A stretch of 50,647 nt of DNA, taken from positions 1-50,647 of the forward strand of contig JABWAS010000001.1 in the NCBI GenBank assembly GCA_013360865.1, in the 5' to 3' direction. The notes beneath the pieces are model-generated. The model was given only the letters and a program-made list of their open reading frames with translations, made no database searches and was not told the origin of the DNA. Positions within the stretch are counted from its first letter, which is position 1. Each line of letters starts with the position of its first letter. Shown here piece after piece: positions 31,211-39,631 of the stretch. Both the position numbers and the translations under genes were made by a program. This DNA comes from Candidatus Paceibacter sp. Lineage in GTDB: Bacteria > Patescibacteriota > Minisyncoccia > UBA9983.

Positions 31211-32740
31211 TTATCTTGCGTATTCCACCACCCGGTTTTCTCTTATTACCGTCACCTTGATTTCTCCAGGGTACTTCAAATCTCTTTCAATTCTGTCGGC
31301 GATGTCTCGGGCCATTTTCTTGGCCTCCAAGTCGGAAATTTTCTCCGGCACCACAAAAACCCTTATTTCTCGCCCCGCCTGGATGGCGTAAGACTTCTCT
31401 ATACCCTCAAAAGTTTTGGTGATATTTTCCAAATCTTCCAGCCGCTTCAGGTAATTTTCCAGCGAATCGCGCCTAGCGCCCGGCCTTGCGCCGGAAATGG
31501 CGTCCGCCACCTGCACGATCACCGATTCCACCGTCTCAAACGGATGTTCCTCATGGTGCGCCTGCATGGCTTTTATTATTTTTTCATCAACATTGAATTT
31601 TTGCAGGATTCTGCGGCCGATGTCCACGTGCGTTCCTTGTACTTCGTGGTCCATCGCTTTGCCTATGTCGTGCAGCAAAGCCCCCTTCTTGGCCACATTC
31701 ACGTCCGCCTTAAGTTCCGCCGCCAAGAGTCCGGCCAAATGAGCCGCCTCCACCGAGTGCTGGAGCACGTTCTGGCCGTAACTGGTCCTGAAGTAGAGCC
31801 GCCCCAAAACGGCCAAAAGCCTCGGGTCAAGATCTATGATTCCGGCTTCGTAGGCCGCCATTTCGCCTTTTTGCTTTACCGTCTTATCCACTTCCATGCG
31901 GGCTTTTTCCACCACTTCTTCTATCCGGGCCGGTTGGATTCGGCCGTCCAGAACCAGGTTCTCCAAAGCCATTTTGGCGGTCTGCCGCCTTATCGGGTCA
32001 AAACCGGAAATAACAATGGAGCCGGGCGTATCGTCAACGATAATTTCCACACCCGCCGCCCTTTCCAGCGCTCTGATGTTGCGGCCTTCCTTGCCGATTA
32101 TTTTACCCTTGAGATCGTCGGAGGGGATAGGCACGGTGGTCGTTGTCACCTCGGACGCCGTGGAAGAAGCCAGCCGTTGGATAGAGCTGATGAGAATATC
32201 GCGAGCTTTGCGCTCAAACTCGTCCCGCCCCATGGCTTCCAGTTTCTTCATCCGGCCTAAAATATCCTCTTCGCTTTTTTTCTCCACTAGCTTCAACAGT
32301 TCCTCTTTGGCCTGCGCGTCGGTAAGGGAGGCGACTTTCTGCAATTCTTCCAGTTTTTGTTTTTCTATTACTTCAAATTCCTCTTTCTTTTTCTTGAGCT
32401 TCTCCAGTTTTTCCTGGATTTCGGCGTTGCCTTTTTCCACCAGAACTCTTTGTTTTTCTAAATTTTCTTCCCTCTGCAGAACCCTTTCTTCCAGTTTGCG
32501 CACCTGCAATAATGAGTTTTTTTCCTCGTTTTTGGCGCTGTCCAATATTTGCTGGGCCTTTTTGCCGGCGTCTTCCAGTGTGTTTTGAGCCTTATCTTTA
32601 GCCTCTAAAAGAAGTTGTTTTGTTTTTAAGTCTACCGAATTTTTTTTCTGAAGCGTCAGCAGGACGTGAAAGAAGTATCCTATCGCCAACCCTCCAAAGC
32701 CGGAAAACCCGGCCAAAAGAAATACTTTGGTTAGGTCCAT
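31211..32740 (-). CDS. rny: ribonuclease Y
   Basis: N-terminal TM helix, coiled coil, KH domain (GKIIGKEGRNIRALE) and HD domain (LLHDIGKA). 509 aa. Confidence 0.95.
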   Translation of the reverse strand: MDLTKVFLLAGFSGFGGLAIGYFFHVLLTLQKKNSVDLKTKQLLLEAKDKAQNTLEDAGKKAQQILDSAKNEEKNSLLQVRKLEERVLQREENLEKQRVLVEKGNAEIQEKLEKLKKKKEEFEVIEKQKLEELQKVASLTDAQAKEELLKLVEKKSEEDILGRMKKLEAMGRDEFERKARDILISSIQRLASSTASEVTTTTVPIPSDDLKGKIIGKEGRNIRALERAAGVEIIVDDTPGSIVISGFDPIRRQTAKMALENLVLDGRIQPARIEEVVEKARMEVDKTVKQKGEMAAYEAGIIDLDPRLLAVLGRLYFRTSYGQNVLQHSVEAAHLAGLLAAELKADVNVAKKGALLHDIGKAMDHEVQGTHVDIGRRILQKFNVDEKIIKAMQAHHEEHPFETVESVIVQVADAISGARPGARRDSLENYLKRLEDLENITKTFEGIEKSYAIQAGREIRVFVVPEKISDLEAKKMARDIADRIERDLKYPGEIKVTVIRENRVVEYAR

Positions 32741-32850
32741 AAATTTGAAAAGTTTTCACCATGGCAAGCGTAAACATAAAACTTTGGTTAAATCAATAAA
32801 TTTTAACTTAATGCTACTTGATTTAACTGTTTTTGTCCACCCTGTATTTC

Positions 32851-32897
32851 AAAACATCAAGGCGTCGCCTTTCTCCAAGGCGACGCCTTGATGTTTT
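32851..32897. repeat. 21-bp-stem hairpin, gpmI-flanking copy 1
   Basis: AAAACATCAAGGCGTCGCCTT-TCTCC-AAGGCGACGCCTTGATGTTTT. It lies between the divergent rny and gpmI starts, so it is not positioned as a terminator. Confidence 0.85.
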
Positions 32898-32913
32898 AAT
32901 GTTAAAATTAGAT

Positions 32914-34509
32914 ATGCCTAAATCTTATCGCCCCGTAGTCCTGGTAATTTTGGACGGCTTTGGCGCCCCAGGGAACATGGCGGCCTCGACCTGGTCTGAA
33001 GCCAAGATGCCCAACTTCCGGGAGTTTGAGAAAATTTATCCGTTCACCTCTTTGCAAGCTTCCGGACTGGCTGTCGGCTTGCCGTGGGGCGTTTCCGGCA
33101 ACAGCGAAGTGGGGCACCTGACGATAGGGGCGGGGCGGATAATCAACAACTACCTGCCCAAAATATCTTCCGCCATAAAAGACGGCTCTTTTTACGAAAA
33201 CAAAGTTTTTTTAGGAGCTCTGGAACACATCAAAACAACCGGCGGCGCTCTTCACCTTATCGGCCTTTTTTCCACCGGCACCGTCCACGCCTACTCCGAA
33301 CACCTTTTGGCTTTGACGGACTTCGCCGAAAAAAACAGCACTCCGGCCTTCTTACACCTTTTTACCGACGGCAAAGACGCCCACAAGCGGGAGGGTGGCG
33401 AGTTTTACAGGAAACTGGAGGAAATACTGGCGGATAAGCCGCAAATCAAAATCGCTTCAATCATAGGCCGCGGTTTCGCCATGGACAGAAACGGCAACTG
33501 GGAAAAAACAAAGAAGACTTACGAACTTTTGACGGAGAATGCCGGAAATTCTTTTGAATCGGCCTCGCTTTATATCCAAAGTCAATATGAAAAAGGTCTC
33601 ACGGACGACATTGTTGAGCCTGGCACGGCTCTTGAAACGGAAAAAGCGAGTAGAATTAAAGACGGCGACGCGGTAATCTTCTTTAACTTCCGCGAGGACA
33701 GCGTCCGCCAGCTGACCCAGGCGTTTATGGACGATTCGTTCCAGTTTTTTCCGAAAAAGAAGCTGAATAACCTGTTTTTCGCCACAATGACCGAGTATGA
33801 CAAAAGGTTGCCTTGTTTTTCCGGTTCCAGCGGCGGATCCTGTCCGGCCGCTTTTAAATCGGCGGAAGTAAAAAACTCTCTGGCCGAAATAATTTCCAAC
33901 AACAACCTAAGCCAGCTCCATACCGCCGAGACGGAAAAGTACGCCCACATCACTTACTTCCTCAATGGGGGAACAGAGGATTCGTTTCCCAAAGAAGACC
34001 GGGTTTTGGTGCCGTCCCCGGAAAACGGCCATTACGACCAAACGCCGGAAATGTCTTCGGACAAAATAGCCGCCAATATCGTCAACAATCTGGCCAAATA
34101 CGATTTTATCGCCGCCAACTTCGCCAACGCCGACATGGTGGGCCATACCGGCAACTTTGAAGCGACAATCAAAGCCATAGAAAAAATTGACGAGTGTCTG
34201 GGTAAAATCACCCGCGTTATAAACGAAACAGACGGGGTAATGATTATCACCGCCGATCACGGCAACGCCGAAGAGAAACGATACAATTCCGGAGAAGACA
34301 AAACTAAACACTCGCTTAATCCGGTGCCGTTTTTCATCATTGGCAAAGATTTTAAGAAAGAAACACCCATAGGCGAAAGGGAAGTGGCGGAAAAATATAA
34401 AAACGTTTCAGGCACATTGGCCGACGTCGCCCCGACGGTTTTAGAACTCCTTGGTCTGGAAAAACCCGCAGAAATGACGGGGAAGAGTTTGACTGGGAAG
34501 ATAGTATAA
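32914..34509 (+). CDS. gpmI: 2,3-bisphosphoglycerate-independent phosphoglycerate mutase
   Basis: VVLVILDGFG, SGNSEVGHL and ADHGNAE motifs. The ATG at 32914 is preferred because the longer track ORF would translate through the hairpin. Confidence 0.9.
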   Translation: MPKSYRPVVLVILDGFGAPGNMAASTWSEAKMPNFREFEKIYPFTSLQASGLAVGLPWGVSGNSEVGHLTIGAGRIINNYLPKISSAIKDGSFYENKVFLGALEHIKTTGGALHLIGLFSTGTVHAYSEHLLALTDFAEKNSTPAFLHLFTDGKDAHKREGGEFYRKLEEILADKPQIKIASIIGRGFAMDRNGNWEKTKKTYELLTENAGNSFESASLYIQSQYEKGLTDDIVEPGTALETEKASRIKDGDAVIFFNFREDSVRQLTQAFMDDSFQFFPKKKLNNLFFATMTEYDKRLPCFSGSSGGSCPAAFKSAEVKNSLAEIISNNNLSQLHTAETEKYAHITYFLNGGTEDSFPKEDRVLVPSPENGHYDQTPEMSSDKIAANIVNNLAKYDFIAANFANADMVGHTGNFEATIKAIEKIDECLGKITRVINETDGVMIITADHGNAEEKRYNSGEDKTKHSLNPVPFFIIGKDFKKETPIGEREVAEKYKNVSGTLADVAPTVLELLGLEKPAEMTGKSLTGKIV

Positions 34510-34528
34510 ATTTAAAAAATGCGGCTTA

Positions 34529-34571
34529 AACATCAAGGTGTCGCCTTGCTGCAAGGCGACACCTTGATGTT
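34529..34571. repeat. hairpin, gpmI-flanking copy 2 (also positioned as a bidirectional terminator)
   Basis: AACATCAAGGTGTCGCCTT-GCTGC-AAGGCGACACCTTGATGTT. Versus copy 1, the C..G pair is replaced by T..A, which is compensatory. Confidence 0.85.
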
Positions 34572-34575
34572 CTAT

Positions 34576-35163
34576 CTACTTCCCGCTTTTTTCTTTGAGA
34601 ACTGCGTCTATCATTCCGTATTTTCTGGCTTCTTCGGCATCCATATAGAAATCACGATCGGAATCTATTTCTATTTTTTTAATCGGTTGGCCGGTGTGCT
34701 CGGCGAGAATTTTATTGAGCCGGTCTTTTATTTTTATCATATGGCGGGCCGTAATTTCTATCTCCGTGGCCTGACCTTCCGCTCCGCCCATAACCTGATG
34801 GATCATCACCTCCGCGTTGGGCAAAGCAAACCTTTTGCCCTTGGTTCCGGCGGCCAGGATTATGGCGGCGCCCGAAGCGGCCAGACCGACGCAGATGGTG
34901 GAAACATCCGGCTTAATATGCTTCATGGTGTCATACATTGCCAAAGTGGCCGTCACCGAGCCTCCCGGGGAGTTTACGTACAAATAAATGTCCTTTTTGG
35001 GGTCTTCGTGCTGGAGAAACAATAGCTGGGCGATGACCGTATTGGCTGTTGCATCCGTGATCGGCCCGGAAAGAAAAATGATTCTTTCCTTCAATAGGCG
35101 GGAGTAGATATCATACGCTCGCTCCCCAAATTGCGATTTTTCTATAACTGTTGGTATTAACAT
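34576..35163 (-). CDS. clpP: ATP-dependent Clp protease proteolytic subunit
   Basis: [18 protein letters not shown] and the catalytic Ser context [11 protein letters not shown]. 195 aa. Confidence 0.95.
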   Translation of the reverse strand: MLIPTVIEKSQFGERAYDIYSRLLKERIIFLSGPITDATANTVIAQLLFLQHEDPKKDIYLYVNSPGGSVTATLAMYDTMKHIKPDVSTICVGLAASGAAIILAAGTKGKRFALPNAEVMIHQVMGGAEGQATEIEITARHMIKIKDRLNKILAEHTGQPIKKIEIDSDRDFYMDAEEARKYGMIDAVLKEKSGK

Positions 35164-35169
35164 AGCAAC

Positions 35170-35199
35170 ATAATAACCGATTTATGGCCTCTGTGTCAA
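35170..35199 (-). promoter_or_regulatory. candidate clpP promoter TTGACA-N18-TATTAT, 6 nt from the ATG
   Basis: On the minus strand, TTGACA is at 35199-35194 and TATTAT at 35175-35170, with the ATG at 35163. No Shine-Dalgarno sequence. Confidence 0.5.
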
Positions 35200-35201
35200 T
35201 A

Positions 35202-35248
35202 AAAACCGACCTGCCAGGTTGGCAATCTAAACCTGGCAGGTCGGTTTT
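35202..35248 (-). terminator. terminator hairpin after tig (conserved-loop family, copy 1)
   Basis: AAAACCGACCTGCCAGGTT-GGCAATCTAA-AACCTGGCAGGTCGGTTTT. A T-run follows on the minus strand. Confidence 0.75.
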
Positions 35249-35266
35249 GAATTACTTTGCGAATTT

Positions 35267-36283
35267 CTACTGACTTTCCAATATCTTAAAAACCTTTTCG
35301 TTTTTGATCACACCCACCAGGTAATCTCTCGTCCTCTGCGGGTCAATTTCTTTGCCCAGTCCTTTATAGTATTCCGTGATCGCTTTTGTTTCTTTTTCCA
35401 GCTCTTCCGGCGTGGCTTCCAGTTTTTCTTTCGCGGCTATTTCTTCAAGAATAAGGCCGTGTTTCACCCGTTTTTCCGCGTCCTTTTCCCAATCCTTGCG
35501 CAATTCTTCCTCTGTTTTCTTGATGTGCGCCAGATAATCTTCCCATTTTAGCCCCATTTGAAGGATATTCATCTTCATTTCTTCCATCATTTTGCCTTTT
35601 TCCGCCTCAACCAGGAGCTTAGGCATCACTTCTTCCACCTTTTCCGTAATTTTTTCCAAAATTTCCATTCTCATTCTTTCTTTTTCCTTAACCTTCTTTT
35701 CCGCCAGGAGATTTTCTTTAATAGTTTTCTTCAACGCTTCCAGATTTTCAAACTTGCCTAGTGTTTTAGCGAAATCGTCATTTAATTCTGGCAAGATTTC
35801 CTCTCTTTTATCGTTTTTTGAAGCTCGCGATTTTCTTAAACGCTCAATTATGTCTTCCATCTCTTTATCTTCCACTATTATTTCTTTCTTCGTCTCTTTT
35901 ATTGTTTTAGCGGCTATGCTTTTGTAGTCTGGGAGGGTGATGTCGGGCAGAACGGCGGTTTTTATCTTGTAGCCCAGCGGGTTGTTTTCCGCCATTTTAG
36001 TTATGGTTATTTCCGGCCGGCCGATGGCTTTTATCTTCTGGGATTCTATTATTTTTACATACTCCTTTTCCAGGGCGATAACGGCCATCTTTTCCAAAAG
36101 CGCATCCATACCCACTTTTTGCAGCAGAATATTTTCCGGCGCTTTGCCTTTCCTGAAGCCGTCTATTTCTATATTATCGGCCAGTTCTTTAAGCGCCCGG
36201 CTGCGGCCGGACATAAAATCGCCGGAGGGTATTTCTCCGGAAATTTCCACTTCTGAAGTCGGCAATAGTTTAATTTCAAGCAT
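35267..36283 (-). CDS. tig: trigger factor lacking the PPIase domain
   Basis: N-domain with the GFRKGKAP ribosome-binding signature, and C-domain (LPELNDDFAKTLGKF...). No FKBP-like segment lies between them. ATG at 36283 (MLEIK). About 338 aa. Confidence 0.85.
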   Translation of the reverse strand: MLEIKLLPTSEVEISGEIPSGDFMSGRSRALKELADNIEIDGFRKGKAPENILLQKVGMDALLEKMAVIALEKEYVKIIESQKIKAIGRPEITITKMAENNPLGYKIKTAVLPDITLPDYKSIAAKTIKETKKEIIVEDKEMEDIIERLRKSRASKNDKREEILPELNDDFAKTLGKFENLEALKKTIKENLLAEKKVKEKERMRMEILEKITEKVEEVMPKLLVEAEKGKMMEEMKMNILQMGLKWEDYLAHIKKTEEELRKDWEKDAEKRVKHGLILEEIAAKEKLEATPEELEKETKAITEYYKGLGKEIDPQRTRDYLVGVIKNEKVFKILESQ

Positions 36284-36289
36284 AAAAAC

Positions 36290-36318
36290 AGAATAATGAA
36301 TCAAGAATTCAGAATCAA
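36290..36318 (-). promoter_or_regulatory. candidate tig promoter TTGATT-N17-TATTCT, 6 nt from the ATG
   Basis: On the minus strand, TTGATT is at 36318-36313 and TATTCT at 36295-36290, with the ATG at 36283. The hexamers and spacing are identical to those upstream of yebC. Confidence 0.55.
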
Positions 36319-36350
36319 GAATTTTCTTAATTCGTAATTTGTAATTCTGA

Positions 36351-36815
36351 TTAAGCTAGCGGCCTAATCACCACACGGCGGTACGGCTCATCGCCGACGC
36401 TTTCCGTCTTAATGTCCGGATATTCGCCCAAAACGGCGTGGACTATCCGGCGGTCGTAAGACGACATCGGGTCCATCTCTATCTCTTTTTTGAAAAATCT
36501 TACTCTTTGAGCGTTCATTCTGGCCATATTTTTGACTTCTTCTATTTTCTTGATCTGATAGTTGTTTACATCAAGAAAGAAAGCCAGTTTCTCCAGATTT
36601 TCCTGTTTAAACCGGTTTTCGGCCATTTTTTTAACCAGATGATTTAAGGCGATGAGATGTTTGCCGTCTTCGCCTATTAAAATTCCCGATTCTTTGGTTT
36701 TTATGGAGAAGACGCAGTCTCCGTCGCCGTTAACATACTCCACACTGCCGGCGATGGTCATTTTGTCAAGAAATTCTTCCAGCAGCGATATTATTGTTTT
36801 GACTTGGTTCTCCAT
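36351..36815 (-). CDS. jag: Jag/KhpB-like RNA-binding protein (KH + R3H)
   Basis: C-terminal R3H motif SSYDRRIVHAVL...YRRVVIRP. Overlaps the yidC 3' end by 50 nt, so the true start may be internal. Confidence 0.75.
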   Translation of the reverse strand: MENQVKTIISLLEEFLDKMTIAGSVEYVNGDGDCVFSIKTKESGILIGEDGKHLIALNHLVKKMAENRFKQENLEKLAFFLDVNNYQIKKIEEVKNMARMNAQRVRFFKKEIEMDPMSSYDRRIVHAVLGEYPDIKTESVGDEPYRRVVIRPLA

Positions 36816-37533
36816 ATATTTTTTCCGCCTTTCTGCGCACTATGGCTTCATGTACTATAGCAAAAACATTCATCGTCGTCCAATAAAGAGCCACGCCGGC
36901 GGAAAACTTTAGACCGATGAAAAATATGAACACCGGCATCACGTATCTCATCTGCACGTTCATGCTTTTCGCCAGGCTGTCTTTGAAAGAATCTCCGAGT
37001 TTTTCCTTTTTAAGCGGCGGCATGGCTAGCTTCATCTGGAAAAACTGCGACAAAGAGGCTAAAAAGGCTATTACATAGCTGTTGTTTTTGGTTACATCCA
37101 CCAAACCAAGAAACATTGTGTTGATGTTTTCCGGAATGGACACAAAAGAATAGATGTGTTCCTGGTCAAAATTAACCCCGCCAAGAAAAACTTTGTACAA
37201 AGCGAAGATTATCGGGATCTGGATAAACAACGTCAGGATGCCGGAAAGGGGATTGATGCCGTGTTGGCGGTACAGTTCCATGGTTTTGCGCGCCTGCGCC
37301 TGGGGGTCGTTTTTGAAATTGGATTTTATCTCCTTAAGCTGCGGCTCAATCTTTTTCATCTTTATCTGGGTGGTGGTGGATTTGTGGGTGAACGGGAAAA
37401 TGACAAAACGCACCAAGACGGTCAAAACAATTATAGCCAGGCCGATATCATGAAAGGGGAGATAATTAACCAGCGACACCAAACCGTTTAAAAGCGGCTC
37501 GTAAAAAACCGTGTTGTAAAAATTTGAAATCAT
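36766..37533 (-). CDS. yidC: membrane protein insertase YidC (short form)
   Basis: 255 aa with five hydrophobic helices and LYRQHGINPLSG and YWTTMN motifs. Confidence 0.9.
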   Translation of the reverse strand: MISNFYNTVFYEPLLNGLVSLVNYLPFHDIGLAIIVLTVLVRFVIFPFTHKSTTTQIKMKKIEPQLKEIKSNFKNDPQAQARKTMELYRQHGINPLSGILTLFIQIPIIFALYKVFLGGVNFDQEHIYSFVSIPENINTMFLGLVDVTKNNSYVIAFLASLSQFFQMKLAMPPLKKEKLGDSFKDSLAKSMNVQMRYVMPVFIFFIGLKFSAGVALYWTTMNVFAIVHEAIVRRKAEKIYGEPSQNNNIAAGRIS

Positions 37534-37868
37534 TGCAATATTCTAGCTTTTTTCAGCGAATTAGTCATCTCCTCTTTTAATTCTCGGTATGTTCTATCTT
37601 TGGCGCTTACTTTAAAGAAGAAAATAATTCCCGCGCCTTTTTTAACCTCGCTTAAAACCTTTCTGATTATATTTCTAGCCCTTCTTTTAAGTTTATTTCT
37701 TTCTGTTGCTTTTTTGGAAACCTTGGAAGAAACAACGAAAGCGAAAAGGCTGCGCCCTCCGGCGATTGGCGCTGTTTTTAAATTAAACGAGTCGGAAGAA
37801 AAACTTCTGCCTGACTTTACAACCAGGCCGATGGTCTCTTTATCCATCCTGTTTTCTTTAGAGAGCAT
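37530..37868 (-). CDS. rnpA: ribonuclease P protein component
   Basis: 112 aa, basic. The KKATERNKLKRRARN motif is RNR-like. Overlaps the yidC start by 4 nt. Confidence 0.85.
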   Translation of the reverse strand: MLSKENRMDKETIGLVVKSGRSFSSDSFNLKTAPIAGGRSLFAFVVSSKVSKKATERNKLKRRARNIIRKVLSEVKKGAGIIFFFKVSAKDRTYRELKEEMTNSLKKARILQ

Positions 37869-38006
37869 TTGATTTTCTTAAGTCTAAAACAATAACCTAG
37901 TCAGTCAATATTCACTAGTTATCCACAGGATATTAAGATGATATACACCTTTTTGATTTTTTGAAGTATTAATAAGGAAAAAACATTTAGTATAATACTA
38001 ATCAAT
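37869..38006. promoter_or_regulatory. oriC-associated spacer upstream of dnaA with a perfect DnaA box
   Basis: TTATCCACA at 37919-37927. TATAAT at 37991-37996, 10 nt before the dnaA ATG. Confidence 0.6.
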
Positions 38007-39389
38007 ATGACTTTGGATTACGAAAAATTATGGAAAGATGTTTTATCTGAGGTTGAGTTGAATATATCCAAAGCTAATTTCTCCACTTGGTTTAAAGACA
38101 CTTATATCGGAAAATACGACAACGGGGAAGTGGCGATCCATGTCCCCAACAGCTTCGCCCATGAATGGCTCTCCACTAAATTTAACAAATTAATAGCCGG
38201 GATCATCCGGAACATGGATTCCAGCATCAGGCACATAGACTACATTATTGTTTCCCAGCCGAAAAATCAGGCAAAACAAACCACAATTCAACAAAACAAG
38301 CCCTTAAAAACAATACTGAGCAATGAGGAACAACTTGGTTTTAATGAATTTTACACCGACTCCGAGTCAAACCTTAATCCTAAATACACTTTTGATTCTT
38401 TTATTGTGGCGCCTTTCAATGAGGTGGCGCACGCGGCGGCGCTAACCATCTCCAAAAACATAGGTAATGTTTACAACCCGCTTTTTGTTTACGGCGGCGT
38501 CGGTCTTGGTAAAACTCATCTTCTTCAGGCAATAGGCAATGAAATAAGAAAAAACAATCAAAACACAAAAGTTCACTACCTTACTTCGGAAAATTTCGCC
38601 AACGACTACGTCAGCTCTATCCAAAACAAAAACATCAACATTTTTAAGGAGAAATATAGAAAATACAGCCTTCTGATAATTGACGATATTCAGTTTTTTT
38701 CCGACAAACTAAAAATTCAGGAGGAATTTTTCCATGTTTTTAACTCACTTTACAATAGCGGCAACCAGATAGTTTTTTCTTCCGACCGCCCGCCGCAATA
38801 TATTGTCGGTTTGGAAGACAGGTTGCGCTCGCGATTTGAAGGAGGAATGATGGTTGATATATCCCAACCGGAATACGAGGAAAGATTGGCTATTTTAAAG
38901 GCTAAAATAAACACCAAAGGCTTCCCGTTATCCGATGAAATAATAGAATTTACCGCCTCTAATATTAAAGAAAACATTCGCGAGCTTGAAGGCGCGCTTA
39001 ATTCCATCATCGGCCAATCAAAAATCAGAGGCCGAATGCTTTCTTTAGAGGAAGTGGAGAAAATAATAAGTAAAAAAGCGAAGCCGGTGCGCGCTATAAC
39101 CGCCGAACAATTGATAAAAACAATATCAATCTATTATAACATTGAGGAAAAAAACCTGACGGAAAAAACAAGAAGGAAGGAGATAGTCAAACCGCGGCAA
39201 ATAACAATGTATTTATTAAGAAACGACTTAAGCACGTCTTATCCTCATATCGGCCGGAGACTAGGGCAAAAAGATCACACCACCGCCATCCACGCTTTTA
39301 AGAAAATAAGTGAAGATATTAAACGTGATAAAAAACTGGAGCAGGAGATAAATAACATAAGAGAGATGATGTTTAAAAACTGTGTATAA
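38007..39389 (+). CDS. dnaA: chromosomal replication initiator DnaA
   Basis: AAA+ Walker A GGVGLGKTHL and a C-terminal DNA-binding domain (GRRLGQKDHTTAIHA). 460 aa. Confidence 0.95.
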   Translation: MTLDYEKLWKDVLSEVELNISKANFSTWFKDTYIGKYDNGEVAIHVPNSFAHEWLSTKFNKLIAGIIRNMDSSIRHIDYIIVSQPKNQAKQTTIQQNKPLKTILSNEEQLGFNEFYTDSESNLNPKYTFDSFIVAPFNEVAHAAALTISKNIGNVYNPLFVYGGVGLGKTHLLQAIGNEIRKNNQNTKVHYLTSENFANDYVSSIQNKNINIFKEKYRKYSLLIIDDIQFFSDKLKIQEEFFHVFNSLYNSGNQIVFSSDRPPQYIVGLEDRLRSRFEGGMMVDISQPEYEERLAILKAKINTKGFPLSDEIIEFTASNIKENIRELEGALNSIIGQSKIRGRMLSLEEVEKIISKKAKPVRAITAEQLIKTISIYYNIEEKNLTEKTRRKEIVKPRQITMYLLRNDLSTSYPHIGRRLGQKDHTTAIHAFKKISEDIKRDKKLEQEINNIREMMFKNCV

Positions 39390-39631
39390 ATATGTTGGTA
39401 AAATTGTGGAAATTTACTGGATAAATTGTTTGTAATTTAAAGATTAAAAACAAAGATAAATTAATCATTAAGTTATTATTAATTTATCAACAATTATTCA
39501 CAGTTTTATCCACAGTGTTGATATCTTTTAACCTTTAATTTAAGCCATGAAACAAACTTATCTACATTTCCACAGGTATAATAATAGTAATAAATTTATT
39601 TAATTAAATAATTCTTATTAAGATAATTAGG
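39390..39631. promoter_or_regulatory. probable oriC core: DnaA-box cluster plus AT-rich unwinding region
   Basis: Perfect TTATCCACA at 39506-39514. Near-boxes TTATCTACA (39558-39566), TGTGGAAAT and CTGGATAAA (about 39403-39425). Long AT runs. Confidence 0.65.

Noticed and set aside
31202-32260. 352-aa plus-strand ORF
   Set aside because: It is antisense to the clearly recognisable RNase Y gene. The translation is His/Arg/Phe-rich and motif-free. It is a shadow ORF. The same reasoning applies to 31896..32588, 34519..35025 (antisense to clpP), 8301..9520 (antisense to pcrA) and 48284..48961 (antisense to pilB).
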